This document shows positions 1-11,479 of a stretch of DNA of 64,000 nucleotides, in pieces. The DNA lies in contig CM052816.1 of assembly GCA_028534125.1 (NCBI GenBank), positions 4,094,001-4,158,000 of the forward strand. Direction: 5' to 3'. This DNA comes from Lama glama (taxonomy: Eukaryota). Every line of letters begins with the position of its first letter. Position 1 is the first letter of the stretch. The notes beneath the pieces are model-generated. The model saw nothing but the letters and a program-made list of their open reading frames with translations. It ran no database searches and had not been told where the DNA came from. A program made the translations under genes and the position numbers.

Positions 1-6
1 ACATAC

Positions 7-584
7 ACCTTTCTTTAAAGACATTGACTCTAAGTGTAGTAAGCCAGAAAGACAAAGAGAAATACCATATGCTATCACTTATATGTGGAATCTTAAAAAA
101 AAAAAAAAAGAGGACACTAATGAATTCATCTACAAAACAGAAACAGACTCACAGACAGGGGGAAGGGAGTGGGAAGGGATAAATTTAGGATTCTGAGATT
201 TGCAAATGTTAAGCACTGTATCTGAAAATAGATTTTAAAAATTTCTTCTGTATAGCACAAGGAACTATATTCAATAATCCAATATCCTATAATAACTTTT
301 AATGAAAAAGAATATTAAAAAATGAATATGTGTATGTATGTATATATATGCATATGCATGACTGGGACATTGTGCTGTACACTAAAAATTGACACATTGA
401 AACTGACTATACTTCAATTAAAAAAAAAAAGACATTGAAGAGCCATAGACTCAAAGGAATCCAAAAGAATCACACTCCACAGGATGATTTCGTACTTGAG
501 AGCAACTGCTGAGGCTAGTAGGGTGGGCAGAGCAAGGAGGGCCTTTGCTTAGAGTGGGGGAAACTAGTCAAACTTCTGATGAAC
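7..584 (-). pseudogene. Fossil exon, TAGT-like segment, split by an L1 insertion
   Basis: ttatag|GTTCATCAG at 584. Reads VHQKFD*FPPL*AKALLALPTLLASAVALKYEIILWSVILLDSFESMALQC, compare recalled GREB1 [21 protein letters not shown]. Resumes after the L1 to a GT donor near 7-9. Confidence 0.65.
28..430 (+). mobile_element. 5'-truncated L1 3' end (artiodactyl type) with TSD
   Basis: Typical L1 3'UTR (acagactcacagac...ggaactatattcaat...gactatacttcaat, polyA). TSD AAAGACATTGA at 17-27 and 428-438; TTT/AAAG endonuclease-type target. Confidence 0.9.
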
Positions 585-639
585 CTATAAGCCACTGTGC
601 TCAACTTGAAACTAGAACAGCCCAAAATGAAAAATTAAT

Positions 640-2120
640 TCCACAGTCCTAAGTGAAAAACCAAGAGCCATAAAGCTTCTAGAAGAAAACCTAGGAGACT
701 ATCCTTGTGATTTTGAGTCAGTCAGTCCAAGCTTTTTTGGTAAATACAAAAACCACAGATCACAAACTGAAAATATGAATACACTGGACTTCACCAAAAT
801 TAAAAACTCTTGCCATTAAGAAGACACCATTAAGACAATGAAAAATCAAGTAACAGACTGGAAGAATCTATCTGCAATATGAAAAAGACACAGAATTTAT
901 ATCCAGAATATTTAAAGAGCTCCTACAACTCAAAACACAAGAAGTATTAGGTCAAAAACTTGAACAGATTCTCGACAAAAGAAACATGAATGACCAACAA
1001 GCACAAGTTAAAGGGTTTAACATTAGCCAAGAGGGAAATGCAAATTAAAACAAGAAGAGATACAATTTCACATAACTAGAATGGTTAAATCAACAAGGCT
1101 AACAATACGGTTGATAGCAGGCAGACAGAACAGCTGGATTTCTCACACATTTCTTGGGAGAATACAGGGTGGGAGTGAACTACATTGAAGAACCATTGGC
1201 TTATGTTTAAGTCTTTAAGCCATTTTGAGTTTATTTTTGTGTATAGTGTGAGGGAGTGTTCTAACTTCACTTACATGTGGCTGTCCAGTTTTCCCAGTAT
1301 CATCTGCTGAAGAGACTGTCTTTACTCCACTGTATGTTCTTGCCTCCTTTGTCAAAGGTTAATTGACCGAATTTGTGGGTTTATTTCTGGGCTCTATGTT
1401 ATAGCTATAACTTACATGTGGAATCTAAAAAATAAAAGACAAATGAACTTATTCATAAAACAGAAACAGACTCACTGACATAGAAAACAAACTTATGGTT
1501 ATGGGGGAGGGAGGAGAGATAAATCGGGAGTTTGAGATTTTCAGATACTACCTACAACATATAAAACAGATAAACAACAAGTTCATACTGTATAGCACAG
1601 GGAACTATATTCAATATCGTGTAGTAACTTAGGGTGATAAAAAATATGAAAACAAATATATGTTCGTTCATGTATGACTGAAGCATTATGCTGTACACCA
1701 GAAATTGACACATTGCAAACTGATTATATTTCAGTAAATATATATATATTACTAATAAAGATACTGAATTGCAAAAAAGGAACAATATGGTGGTTCCTTA
1801 TAAAAGTAAATAAATACCTACCCCATGATTCAACAATTCTACTCTTTGATATTGACCTCAAAATTAAAATTTATGTCTGCACAATGATTTATTCACAGAT
1901 GTTTACATTAGCATGGTATTTTATTATTTTCCAACAGGAAACAGCCCAGATATCCACCAAAAGGAGAATGAAGAAAAATTATGACATATTCACACAATGA
2001 CACTTGTGAGAAATAATAATGAACATACTAATATAAGAGCAAGAATATATCTCAAAACCATCATGCTGCATGAAGTCAGAGACAGAAGAATATATCCTGT
2101 AAGACCATTTATAAGTCATT
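640..2120 (+). mobile_element. Old L1M ORF2 end/3'UTR, interrupted by a younger L1
   Basis: Degenerate L1 ORF2 3' sequence (ctagaagaaaac...gaaatgcaaattaaaac...), resuming near 1780. Confidence 0.75.
1200..1745 (+). mobile_element. Younger L1 with an inverted 5' part
   Basis: 1200-1400 is antisense L1 ORF2 (KLEHSLTLYTKINSKWLKDLN); 1405-1745 is sense L1 3'UTR. Confidence 0.8.
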
Positions 2121-2404
2121 AAAAGAGGCTGATCACTACTTAAAATTAGGGTCACAATGCCTTCTACATCACTTCTGGAAGGGTTCTAAACTTTTAATCC
2201 ATGGACGAAGTTAAGTGGATCTAAACACAACCTGAAACTGTATACAGACCATGTATATGTACATGTGGTCATCCCTTTCTGGGAAGAAATTCTGCGGTTA
2301 CATTATAGAAACTGGTACAATGTAATATAATTGAAAAAAAATGTTAGAAAATTAGTGACCACAACAAATGGATTGTATTTGTTTCTGGGCAAGGGAGCTT
2401 TTAC

Positions 2405-2490
2405 CAGCTGTATCATGGTTTTAAATCAATTTTCCATCGGACTTTTATATGTTGTTTGTTAGACCAACAATAATGACGTCAAAATGTTGT
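2405..2490 (-). pseudogene. Fossil exon
   Basis: cttcctacag|A...GCTG|gtaaaa. Reads (R)QHFDVIIVGLTNNI*KSDGKLI*NHDTA; phase 2 matches the upstream exon. Confidence 0.7.
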
Positions 2491-2604
2491 CTGTAGGAAG
2501 ACACCACCTGTCAGAGATACAATTAAGAGGTCTTTGCCACTAAACCTAGCCTTTAGGAGTCTAAAATGGTACAAAAGTGGTCTGTTACAAAAATGTTTTA
2601 AAAC

Positions 2605-2766
2605 CTGAAAAATTTCAAGGGATATTAACATTGATTTATACAAAATTCAAACTATAGAAATGGCTTTCCAAACATTCCATATGTGGTAAAATGTTGCAGA
2701 AGTGCTTCTTGACTTCTGAAGTCTTAATGGATCAAGACTGGTAGCTTGTTAAACTTTCCCAGAATT
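2605..2766 (-). pseudogene. Fossil exon, start of TAGT-like domain
   Basis: atattag|A...TTCAG|gtttta, 162 bp, phase 2/2. Reads ILGKFNKLPVLIH*DFRSQEALLQHFTTYGMFGKPFL*FEFCINQC*YPLKFF. Confidence 0.7.
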
Positions 2767-2911
2767 CTAATATAAGATCCATAATCTCTCAAATAAGTTA
2801 TACTTCAGAAATAAGGAAGGTAAAGAGTCCTTAAATGTATTTTTTCTGAAAGCAATCAGGTCGTGACCTTGGAAAGAGTAACTGGAGCTCCAGAAAAAAA
2901 AATCTTCCAGT

Positions 2912-3235
2912 CCAGAAATGGCAAATGGGTTTTAGCTTCCATGCTAATATAAATTAATATCAATATTCAATTATTTTCAAATAACACAGTAAAGTCTGAT
3001 GGAAAATTGATATATAATCATAATACAGGTAAAAGCTCCCTTCTCCAGCAACAGAAATATAACCATTAATTGTGGTCACTAATTTTATGACATTCTTCTT
3101 CAATCACATTACATTTCTGGAGTGACACGCAGGGAGTATTCTAGGACTCCTGAGCTGGGATTGACTAGTGATGTCTGCCAAGAGCACAGGAAAGGTGGGA
3201 GGTAGTACATGTGCTAGGTGTGTGTGAACCCTGGC
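2912..3235. mobile_element. hAT-Charlie MITE (MER102-like), interrupted by an inverted local duplication
   Basis: cagaaatggcaaatgggttt...gattgactagtgatgtctgcca...acatgtgct resembles the recalled MER102 consensus. Confidence 0.55.
2978..3115 (+). repeat. Inverted, diverged copy of 2319-2458
   Basis: aaagtctgatggaaaattga...ggtaaaagctccctt...tgtggtcactaatttt...caatcacattacatt matches the reverse complement of 2319-2458. Confidence 0.9.
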
Positions 3236-3519
3236 CCAGTCAGAATGATGAAGACTTAATAAAGACTGCAAAGCACAGTCCTGTGTAAGAAAGAAAGATA
3301 ATAAGAATAGCTATGTTTGCCAGGAAGAAATTAAGGATAGAAGATCTCTAAGATATACTATGTACATGGAAATACCAAGTCAAGCAAGTGGAAATCACAA
3401 CTACAATTAAAAACCACCACAAATAAAAGAACTTAAAAATCCTAAAAGAACAAGTAGAAAAATAACCTATTTCTAAATTAAATCCATTTTGCAATATATT
3501 GACACACACTTTCCCCATT

Positions 3520-4020
3520 CCAATGCCTGTTGAGGACCTACTATGTTCCAGGCAGAGCTGGGAAATAGAAGATACATTCATTAAAAAAGGTCTGTCTTGA
3601 AGATCTTGCTTTCCATTGAGGAAGAGTGACTTATAAACACAATTATAATAACTTCTCTTCATAGTAAGGTATAGGGCAGATTTGAAGAAAGTGCAATAAA
3701 ATCAAAAGTGAAGAAGTGACATATGGCTCAAGGAAGTCCCAGAAGACTTGCAGTGAACTGGATCTTGGGGGGGGGGGGTGGAGTGGGCAGGGATGACAAA
3801 AGGACCAGCAGCTGCAAAGTAGTGGTGATATAAAAGAACATGGCATGTTTTTAGAAAAATAGAGAGGGTCACTGAAGCTCATAGAAAGCCTGGGGTTGGG
3901 GAGACGTAGGGAAACAGCAGAAAGAGATGATGCAAAAGGGCAGAATGAAATGAGAAGATTGTGTGTTGTACTCAAAGGTCTGGATAGCTCTTCAGGCAAT
4001 GGGGTGGTAGAGTTTTCCAG
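3520..4020 (+). mobile_element. L2 fragment
   Basis: gttgaggacctactatgttccaggc...ggcaatgggg, an L2 3' pattern. Confidence 0.6.
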
Positions 4021-4395
4021 CTGTTTTGGAAAACACTGTTTATTTCTATTTGAACTTCACAACAGATCTATGGGATGGGCATAGATCAACTCTGCAATCC
4101 AGGCTAAAGCTGAGGAAAATGCTGCGGTGAACACCCAAAAAGGTGTCATGAATAAGTAATGCCAACATGGGGGTGGGTTTAGCAGCAAAGCAAAGGGGAA
4201 GCCATAAGCAAGCTAAAAAGAAAGTCTTTCTGAGGGGATCACTTGGAGACATGAAGCTGCAGGGTATAGACTTTTAGCTTACAATAGATTTGCCTAGTTA
4301 TGAGAACAACCCATGTCAAATTGCAGGGAAAATTCAAACCCCCATATTTGTCATCATCGGTGGTGGTGGTAATGGTGGAGGGAGGGTGTTTTAAC

Positions 4396-4501
4396 CTGGC
4401 AAATAAGACCTAAATCTGGACAAGTTTGGAACACGGCAACCAATCCAATTTTGTTAGTTTCAAAGGCCTTGGGTAAAATTCTGCTGAAGTAAACAAAGAG
4501 A
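4396..4501 (-). pseudogene. Candidate fossil exon
   Basis: ttttgcag|T...CCAG|gttaaa; open frame LFVYFSRILPKAFETNKIGLVAVFQTCPDLGLICQ. Confidence 0.5.
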
Positions 4502-5327
4502 CTGCAAAACAAAATACTCCAGGGGAGAAACACATATCTCTTCTTTAGCAACTGTCAAAAGGAGACCATTCCTAAAATGGTAGCTGTTTGAATTAGAAAA
4601 AGAAGGGCAAAAATGGTGCTGCCACGTTCAGATGTATTAAAAGCATCAAAGAACATTAAAGCAGGTTTCTTTTAGTAGGTTTGCTTTAGGGCAGGGTAAA
4701 AAGTTCTGTGAGTACAGCCAGGCTTATTCATAGGCATTTTTAAGGGCTCAACCCAAAGAGATTTTCTTACTCTACCAGGGTGATTTTAAGAAAGTTAGTT
4801 AACCTTTCTGTTCCTCAGTTTCCCCATCTGTAAAACGAAATAATCTCTTAAGAGCTTTATTGGAGGCAGAAAGGAAAAAATAAAGCCCTCTAGAAACTAC
4901 AGACGGAACAATTAGATAACACTACAGAAAGGTGTTCTAAATGGGACTCTGAAATCTCATGGCATAGAGTAAGTGCTAAAAACAAGTCTTGTATAGAATT
5001 TTTATAATCTCTTCAGCTCAAATCTGTTTGGACTTCCGTATTCCATGTTTGAATTATCTTCACAGGTAACTGTCAGAATGTCCAGACAATGTTGCTGCGC
5101 CAGTTTATATGAAATTAAATGCAACACGATTTGCTGAAATCTAGGATATCCTCAGGAGTAGTTGACCCAAACTCCCATTTTTCATATGAGGAAACTGAAA
5201 ACCAGGAGTGGACAGGTGTTATGTAAATCATAAGTAGCAAACTTGGCACCATCTCTGGCTCATGATAGGTGCTCACCATATATTGGGTGAATAAAAGAAA
5301 CAAATAATGCCAGCTGTAAGAAGTTAC

Positions 5328-5522
5328 ACCCTGGATCCCCCAGCAAGAGTCTTCTCTTTTCAGAAAGCAGTTCTGCTGATGCTTTTGTGTTTGACACTAA
5401 GATATTTATTATCTGAGATGAAATTTCAATGCATGATGAATTTCAGGGTAAATTCAGTGAGAGCCGAGGAAAACCATAAGGGAAGAGCCGTGAGGGGACG
5501 TGATACGTCAGGCACTATTCTG
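5328..5522 (-). pseudogene. Candidate fossil exon
   Basis: Pyrimidine tract then catatcag|. Reads RIVPDVSRPLTALPLWFSSALTEFTLKFIMH*NFISDNKYLSVKHKSISRTAF*KEKTLAGGS; donor uncertain. Confidence 0.45.
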
Positions 5523-6079
5523 CTGATATGCAGGGAGGACAGAAAGTACAAAAAACCATTTCCACATCCAAGGAAACAGGCCAGGGCAAAAATGATCCAC
5601 AAAAATACCAACACTTGCATAAAACCAGCATAGGAAAGAATTTACTGATGAGAATGGTTCCAAAGGAAGAAACACACCTCACACTCACACAGCCCCCTGA
5701 CAGTATCGGCAGGGTTCTTACCCTTATCCCTCACCTCACCACGCTTAGGGGTAACGATCCAAACAGTGACAAAAAATATTCTTAAAAGCAGCTTTTAATT
5801 TCCCTTTGATAACATTTTTGGAGGTGTCTGGAGATTTTTCTACCTTATAGAGCAAGTTGGTAACAGACTAATTTGTAATTTATAAGGAAAGCACTGCTAG
5901 CGGGCATGTATTTGTAACACCTCTGATTATAACATTTTTACTCTGGAAATTGAGACTCTAAAAAGCACAGCTAAAATAAAGACTTATGTCCAAGTCTCAT
6001 GAAAACGATTATGACAGTATCACAAATTGAGGAGGCACATAAAGGAATTCCGCTCCTAACCATTCCCCAGACAATTAAC

Positions 6080-6191
6080 CTTGCTGATATCCGTTAAACA
6101 TGCTAAATAGTTTCAACTCCTATTCAGTCCCTCTGGACCGATAAAATGTAACATCTACGTTGAATGACAGTTTTTTCCACAACACAATTTC
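6080..6191 (-). pseudogene. Candidate fossil exon
   Basis: atatacag|GAAATT...CAAG|gttaat. Reads EIVLWKKLSFNVDVTFYRSRGTE*ELKLFSMFNGYQQ; frame uncertain. Confidence 0.45.
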
Positions 6192-6313
6192 CTGTATATT
6201 AATTAAATGATTTTTTTTTTTTGGCAACAGGGTCAAGTTCTTTCTGAGTGTCCAAATTCTTATAGTGAAACTGATACGGTTTTTAGAAAATCAAAGCATG
6301 TTGCTTTCAGCTA

Positions 6314-6813
6314 NNNNNNNNNNNNNNNNNNNNNNNNNNNNNNNNNNNNNNNNNNNNNNNNNNNNNNNNNNNNNNNNNNNNNNNNNNNNNNNNNNNNNNN
6401 NNNNNNNNNNNNNNNNNNNNNNNNNNNNNNNNNNNNNNNNNNNNNNNNNNNNNNNNNNNNNNNNNNNNNNNNNNNNNNNNNNNNNNNNNNNNNNNNNNNN
6501 NNNNNNNNNNNNNNNNNNNNNNNNNNNNNNNNNNNNNNNNNNNNNNNNNNNNNNNNNNNNNNNNNNNNNNNNNNNNNNNNNNNNNNNNNNNNNNNNNNNN
6601 NNNNNNNNNNNNNNNNNNNNNNNNNNNNNNNNNNNNNNNNNNNNNNNNNNNNNNNNNNNNNNNNNNNNNNNNNNNNNNNNNNNNNNNNNNNNNNNNNNNN
6701 NNNNNNNNNNNNNNNNNNNNNNNNNNNNNNNNNNNNNNNNNNNNNNNNNNNNNNNNNNNNNNNNNNNNNNNNNNNNNNNNNNNNNNNNNNNNNNNNNNNN
6801 NNNNNNNNNNNNN
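6314..6813. other. Assembly gap (500 N)
   Basis: Run of exactly 500 N. Confidence 1.
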
Positions 6814-6984
6814 AGACAGATGTGCAGACCCTAATTCCAAAACCACATCCTTCCTACCACAGCACGAGCTAAGCTACTATTTAATATTTATTAAGATTCC
6901 ACAGAGCCCTATGAATTACATAAATGTGCCTTACATGGCTGGATTTTATTTGTCCCTCCCCCTTCCTCCCAAGCAAATGTGAAC

Positions 6985-7170
6985 CTAAATTAGCCACTTC
7001 TCATAAAGCTCTCTGAAAACACTGAAGTCTAAAGAAATGCGCGATGATTTTTCTCAGCCATCTGGCGCCAAGTGATGCTCACAAACCGACACGAACCCTT
7101 TGGTAAAAATCCAAAAATGTCTGTTTTCATTTTACCTCTCACGGGCTGAAAGTTCTAAGCTAAGAAATTT
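6985..7170 (-). pseudogene. Candidate fossil exon
   Basis: Strong acceptor ttttcttcccttag|, CpG-containing, nearly open frames (e.g. FQPVRGKMKTDIFGFLPKGSCRFV); frame ambiguous. Confidence 0.45.
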
Positions 7171-7323
7171 CTAAGGGAAGAAAATGTTTTATTAAAAAGG
7201 AAAACAAATGAGTCCACCCTTGAACTTGTTCACAGTCCCACAGGAAGGCATAAAGGAATTCCCACCTCTAACATCTAGTTCAAATGAATCAACTGAAGGT
7301 AAAATTACATACTACACCTGTCC

Positions 7324-7353
7324 ATGTGCGCGCGCGCGCGCACACACACACAC
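7324..7353. repeat. (CG)n(CA)n alternating purine-pyrimidine tract
   Basis: atgtgcgcgcgcgcgcgcacacacacacac. Confidence 0.9.
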
Positions 7354-7449
7354 TGTAAAGGATAAACTGCTTGCTTTTCTAAGTTCTTTCACATGAATAG
7401 CAACACACCATCTTGCTAAGAAACCAGCAAAATTGCCACCAGAAGGCGT

Positions 7450-7830
7450 ACCGACAATGCCTCTCACGTGAAGGAGAGCTCACCATCTACTACCAGCCAC
7501 TGACCCCTCCCAGGCCAGACCATTAAAACCAGTTCTCCACTTGTCTGATTGTAACAGACTTCCAACTAGTCCTCAAACGATTCATCTCTGGCTGACCCCA
7601 ATCGGTTGTCTACCTTACAGCATGCATGAGCTTCTAAATATAAACCATGGCCACTCCTCGGCCTAAACTCTGCTAAGACTCCCCACAGCTCTTGGGAGAA
7701 AGTCCCAAATCCTCACCATGGTTTAGAAAATCTGAGATCTGACACGAGTTTCACCAGTCTCATCCTGCATCATCCACTGGCCACCCTTCTATTACCGTGA
7801 AGCACCACGTTCCTTCAGGCCTCAGGGTCT
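7450..7830 (-). mobile_element. L2 fragment
   Basis: Degenerate L2 motifs (cttccaactagtcctc...agtcccaaatcctcaccatgg). Confidence 0.55.
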
Positions 7831-7864
7831 TAAGCATATTGGAAACACAAAGTACAGCCTTTAC

Positions 7865-8296
7865 CTCACAAGCCCTCAAAAAGACGTATGAAAATGGATC
7901 TGGCAATGATTTGTGGATGACTTAGAGTCTTCTATCTTTTCTCGTTCATGAGGAGGTTGGGTCCATTGATCCAGGAATGTTCCAGGGGTAATAATTTCTT
8001 TCCTTCCTTTAATAGTGGAAATCTATTCTCTTTGCTGGAATTGTATTTTCGAGTTAAGGTTTTGTGATTTAAACGTTCTCTCTCTCACTGCCCTGCCCCC
8101 ATCCACCCCAAATCTCAGCCTCTTCACAACATATTTACCCTCACCATGGAGACAAGCTGGCAACCTGGATGCTAAACTCACTTTCCAAGCAGAGTTGGAA
8201 TCAACTGAGCCCCTCTCCTCGAGTGGTTCAGAAGCACACTGATCTTTCAGTGATTTTATGACAAGCTCCAGCTTCTGAAAATGACTGGATATTACT
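7865..8296 (-). pseudogene. Fossil exon (may end instead at the internal gtgagt donor, 8182)
   Basis: ttatttttag|A. Reads VISSHFQKLELVIKSLKDQCASEPLEERGSVDSNSAWK...; ~430 nt with only two stops, ending GAG|gtaaag. Confidence 0.6.
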
Positions 8297-8418
8297 CTAA
8301 AAATAAAACATCACAGATAATTACTCCTCAGAATGGAACAGATCATGGTACTAATTTGAAAAGTTATCTTGGCTATGAAGGAGAGAGTACGTCTTTGAAA
8401 AAAAAATTGCCAAAGTAC

Positions 8419-8532
8419 ATGAAAAAGCTCATTTCTGAGAGGAAACCGGAGAACAGGAAACTGCTTCATGCCTTCTGAAATTCATTATGCTGATGCCAAT
8501 AACCAACTCCAGGGTGTATGGTCTCCCAGAGC
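8419..8532 (-). pseudogene. Fossil exon
   Basis: cttcccag|G...AT|gtactt, 114 bp, phase 2/2. Reads LWETIHPGVGYWHQHNEFQKA*SSFLFSGFLSEMSFF(I), in frame with the next exon. Confidence 0.65.
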
Positions 8533-9464
8533 CTGGGAAGAGTTACCCAAAGAGTGATATAAGCAGAGGAAGGAAAGAACATTATAGGTGAGTGAAAACT
8601 ATTTATTTAAATTTTTGTTGGAAATGATATTTGGGATTTTTTTGGATAGGAACTCAGTACAAATAAGTGAAGTAGAAATGCGGCCATTATAATTGCAAGG
8701 GAAGAAATAAAATAAAGCCTTATAGAAGTCAGTGAAGAGAAAAAAAATGTTCAGTAACAGTAATAATAAAATTGAAATCCCATTCATACATATTGACTCA
8801 CTTTTTTGTTCTTAACTAGCATATCCGGAAGGGTCTATTGTAATCTTCACTTCGCAGGTCGGGAAAGCAAGCAGCATGCCCCAAAGCAGCAACTATGGGA
8901 TTTGAATCACAGTGGTTTGGCTTCAGAGTCCAAACTCATAATCATGTCAAGGAACTGCTTCTCACATTTTAAAGTCAGACACACAGGAATATGTTAAATA
9001 TTATACTTTGCCACTGATTCCCCAAAGCACAGGTGAGTTAGCAGCACCAGGTAATGCAGGAACCGATACCCACAATACTGCACGAACGAGGAAAACTAAG
9101 TCTTAGAGAACTTCTGAACTGCATCAGATGACGCAGGATCTGTGTTTCTAATCCATAGGTGTCCTCACAAGCCCTGGCTCCTCATTTGGAGGGCTTCTGA
9201 AACACATGTCACCATGTTGACCGTGAGTCAGACAGAGGGTGATATATGATTTAGCAGAGTAACTATGGGCCCTTTGGGATCAGAGAGGGATAACCTCCCC
9301 CTTTGCTATCAGAGTGGGAAGGGCTTCCATGAGATCTGAGGCTGAAGAATATACAGCTGAATGAAAGCACAAGAGAGGAAGAGATTCAACATCTTTCTAG
9401 GCAGAAAAAAAAAAAACTGCACGTAGGAGAGCCTACAAGAGAGAATGCTATGTTTTCAAGAAAC

Positions 9465-9905
9465 TTACAATGGAATACTACTCAGCCAAAATAATGCCAT
9501 TTGCAACAACATGGATGGACATGGAGATTGTCATATGAAGTGAAGTAAGTTACACAAAAAAACACCATACGATATCACTTATATGTAGATGACACAAATA
9601 AACTTATTTGCAAAACACTCTCACAGACACAGAAAACAATCTACAGGTTATCAGGGGGAAGAGAAGATGGAGGGATAAATTGGGAGCTCGGGATTTGCAG
9701 ATACTAACTATACTGTATATAAAATAGATAAACAACAAGCTTCTACAGTATAGTACAGGGAACTATAATCAATGGATTGTAATATCCTATAATAAAAAAT
9801 ATGAAAAGGAATATATATATATGTATAACTGAAACACTATGCTGTGCACCAGAAATTAAAACAGCACTGTAAACCCACTATACTTCAATAAAAAATAAAA
9901 TTAAA
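9465..9905 (+). mobile_element. L1 3' end
   Basis: caatggaatactactcagcc...atggatggac...tatacttcaataaaaa. Confidence 0.9.
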
Positions 9906-9934
9906 GAAGTCCCTTATGGATAGATGAGTTATAC

Positions 9935-10011
9935 ATTTTTAGGATGGAACGTTATAATTTATTTCGCACAATGAAAAAAACTGGGGATGAGACCACACAG
10001 AGCTGTGTAAG
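9935..10011 (-). pseudogene. Candidate fossil exon
   Basis: tcatgtag|C...AT|gtataa. Reads LHSSVWSHPQFF / FIVRNKL*RSILK with a frameshift in the T run; phases fit both neighbours. Confidence 0.5.
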
Positions 10012-10321
10012 CTACATGAAAGAGTTAAACAGATAAACCTATTTTTAGAATTAAGAGGAGAGCGAGACTTCTGGCCGGCTTGGCTCCCCCCACCTCCCCT
10101 CTGCCACTCCACTTCCTTGCTGTCCCAACCCTCCCACAGAGAAACCAGAGAAGAACCTAACAAAACTGAATGACTGACGTCTGCACTGGGGCTGAAAGAA
10201 AGAAGATGAAACCAACAAGATAAGATGTGAAGGGAGAAGAGGGAAGCATGTGTCCAAAAGAAAGAGTTTCACTTCATAACAGGCAAGTAGCTAAAGGGTG
10301 ACTCTGGGCGATGAGACCACG

Positions 10322-10506
10322 CAGTGGCATGCTGAAGCCAGCTAGCAAGAGCCACGTGTTAAATTCTCAGGAGCTTTGTGAGCTGCTTGTTACATCACTA
10401 GGACTGTGAAATCAGACATGTTGGGAATACTTGCTCTCTGAACATCAGTAAATGCCATGGAACAAGGCTCTTCTTTTTGGAGAGCTGGTTGACCAGAACA
10501 CTGCTG
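10322..10506. mobile_element. MER63-like hAT MITE
   Basis: cagtggcatgctg...tgttaaatt...ggagagctggttgaccagaacactgctg, with terminal inverted ends. Confidence 0.65.
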
Positions 10507-10517
10507 CTTACACTCAC

Positions 10518-10751
10518 TGAGGATCTGGCGGTGCTACTGCTGCTGTTGGAGGGAAACTAGTAGAATAACACAGAGGAGCAGTTTTTGAAACTTCCCATTT
10601 CCCTATGTCCTCTTTAAGCATTGGGAAGGGTAACACAAAACCTACATAATAACTTGCGGTGCCTTTTAATGGCTCTGTGTTGGTTTGTCTCACTCACAGT
10701 GTGGCTAAATACTGAGCATGCTTAACCCCTCATATCCATGAGTTCCTATTC
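10518..10751 (-). pseudogene. Fossil exon
   Basis: aaacag|GA...CA|gtgagt. Reads GIGTHGYEGLSMLSI... / ...FVLPFPMLKEDIGKWEVSKTAPLCYSTSFPPTAAVAPPDP. Confidence 0.6.
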
Positions 10752-11479
10752 CTGTTTGCAGATACAAAGCTCTACTGAATAAAAGAAATATATTTGCTTA
10801 GAAAAGGCAATAATACTTAGTAGAAACTTCATCTATAGATCTTAAAATGCCAAAGATCATAGCCAGGACCTCAATATTCTTACAGTAAAGAAAATTAGGA
10901 ATCTTATAAGGATCCTCCAAATAAATAAGAGAACGTATTATAAAGGTAATTCCATACAGAATATGAAAAACAAACACCCAGTAATTTTCACTATTATTAT
11001 TTATAACAGATCACATTTATTTAATGCTTGCTACATGTATGAGACATCCAATCTCATAAAAAAAAAAAAAACTCTACCTGGTGGCAATATTATCTCCATG
11101 TTACAGTTGAGAAAATTCAGTCTTAAAATGAAATAGCTTACCCAAAATTGTATAATTATTAAGAGACAATTGTATAATTATTAAGAGACAAGAGTCCCCA
11201 GCCACTGGCTCCATAGCAAAAGCTGTTAAAACCTATTTATAAGTGCCTGACAGACATTTTAATGTCATTACATAATGCTGTGGAATGCAAAGAGCCAAAA
11301 GGAGTTATGGCACACTTTTGAAAATTCACTTTATTAAAATTAAACATCAGTACTGCTTCTAGAAGGCATGCATCTTGGTATATTCCCTGTCAATAACTAG
11401 CAGCGCCCAGGATCAGAATGGATTAGTTTTCTTATTGCAACAGAAACTCTCTTAAGTGGCCTACAATACACCAACTTAC

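Noticed and set aside
4040..4212. Possible exon after a ttctttttag acceptor
   Set aside because: No clear donor or frame, and it runs into L2 sequence. The candidate at ~4990-5134 is similarly ambiguous.
6207..6872. Long ORFs spanning N runs (also 33964-34485)
   Set aside because: Artefacts of translating gaps.
7218..7292. Small exon VDSFELDVRGGNSFMPSCGTVNKFK
   Set aside because: It would leave a 47-bp intron and has a weak donor; not distinguishable from chance.
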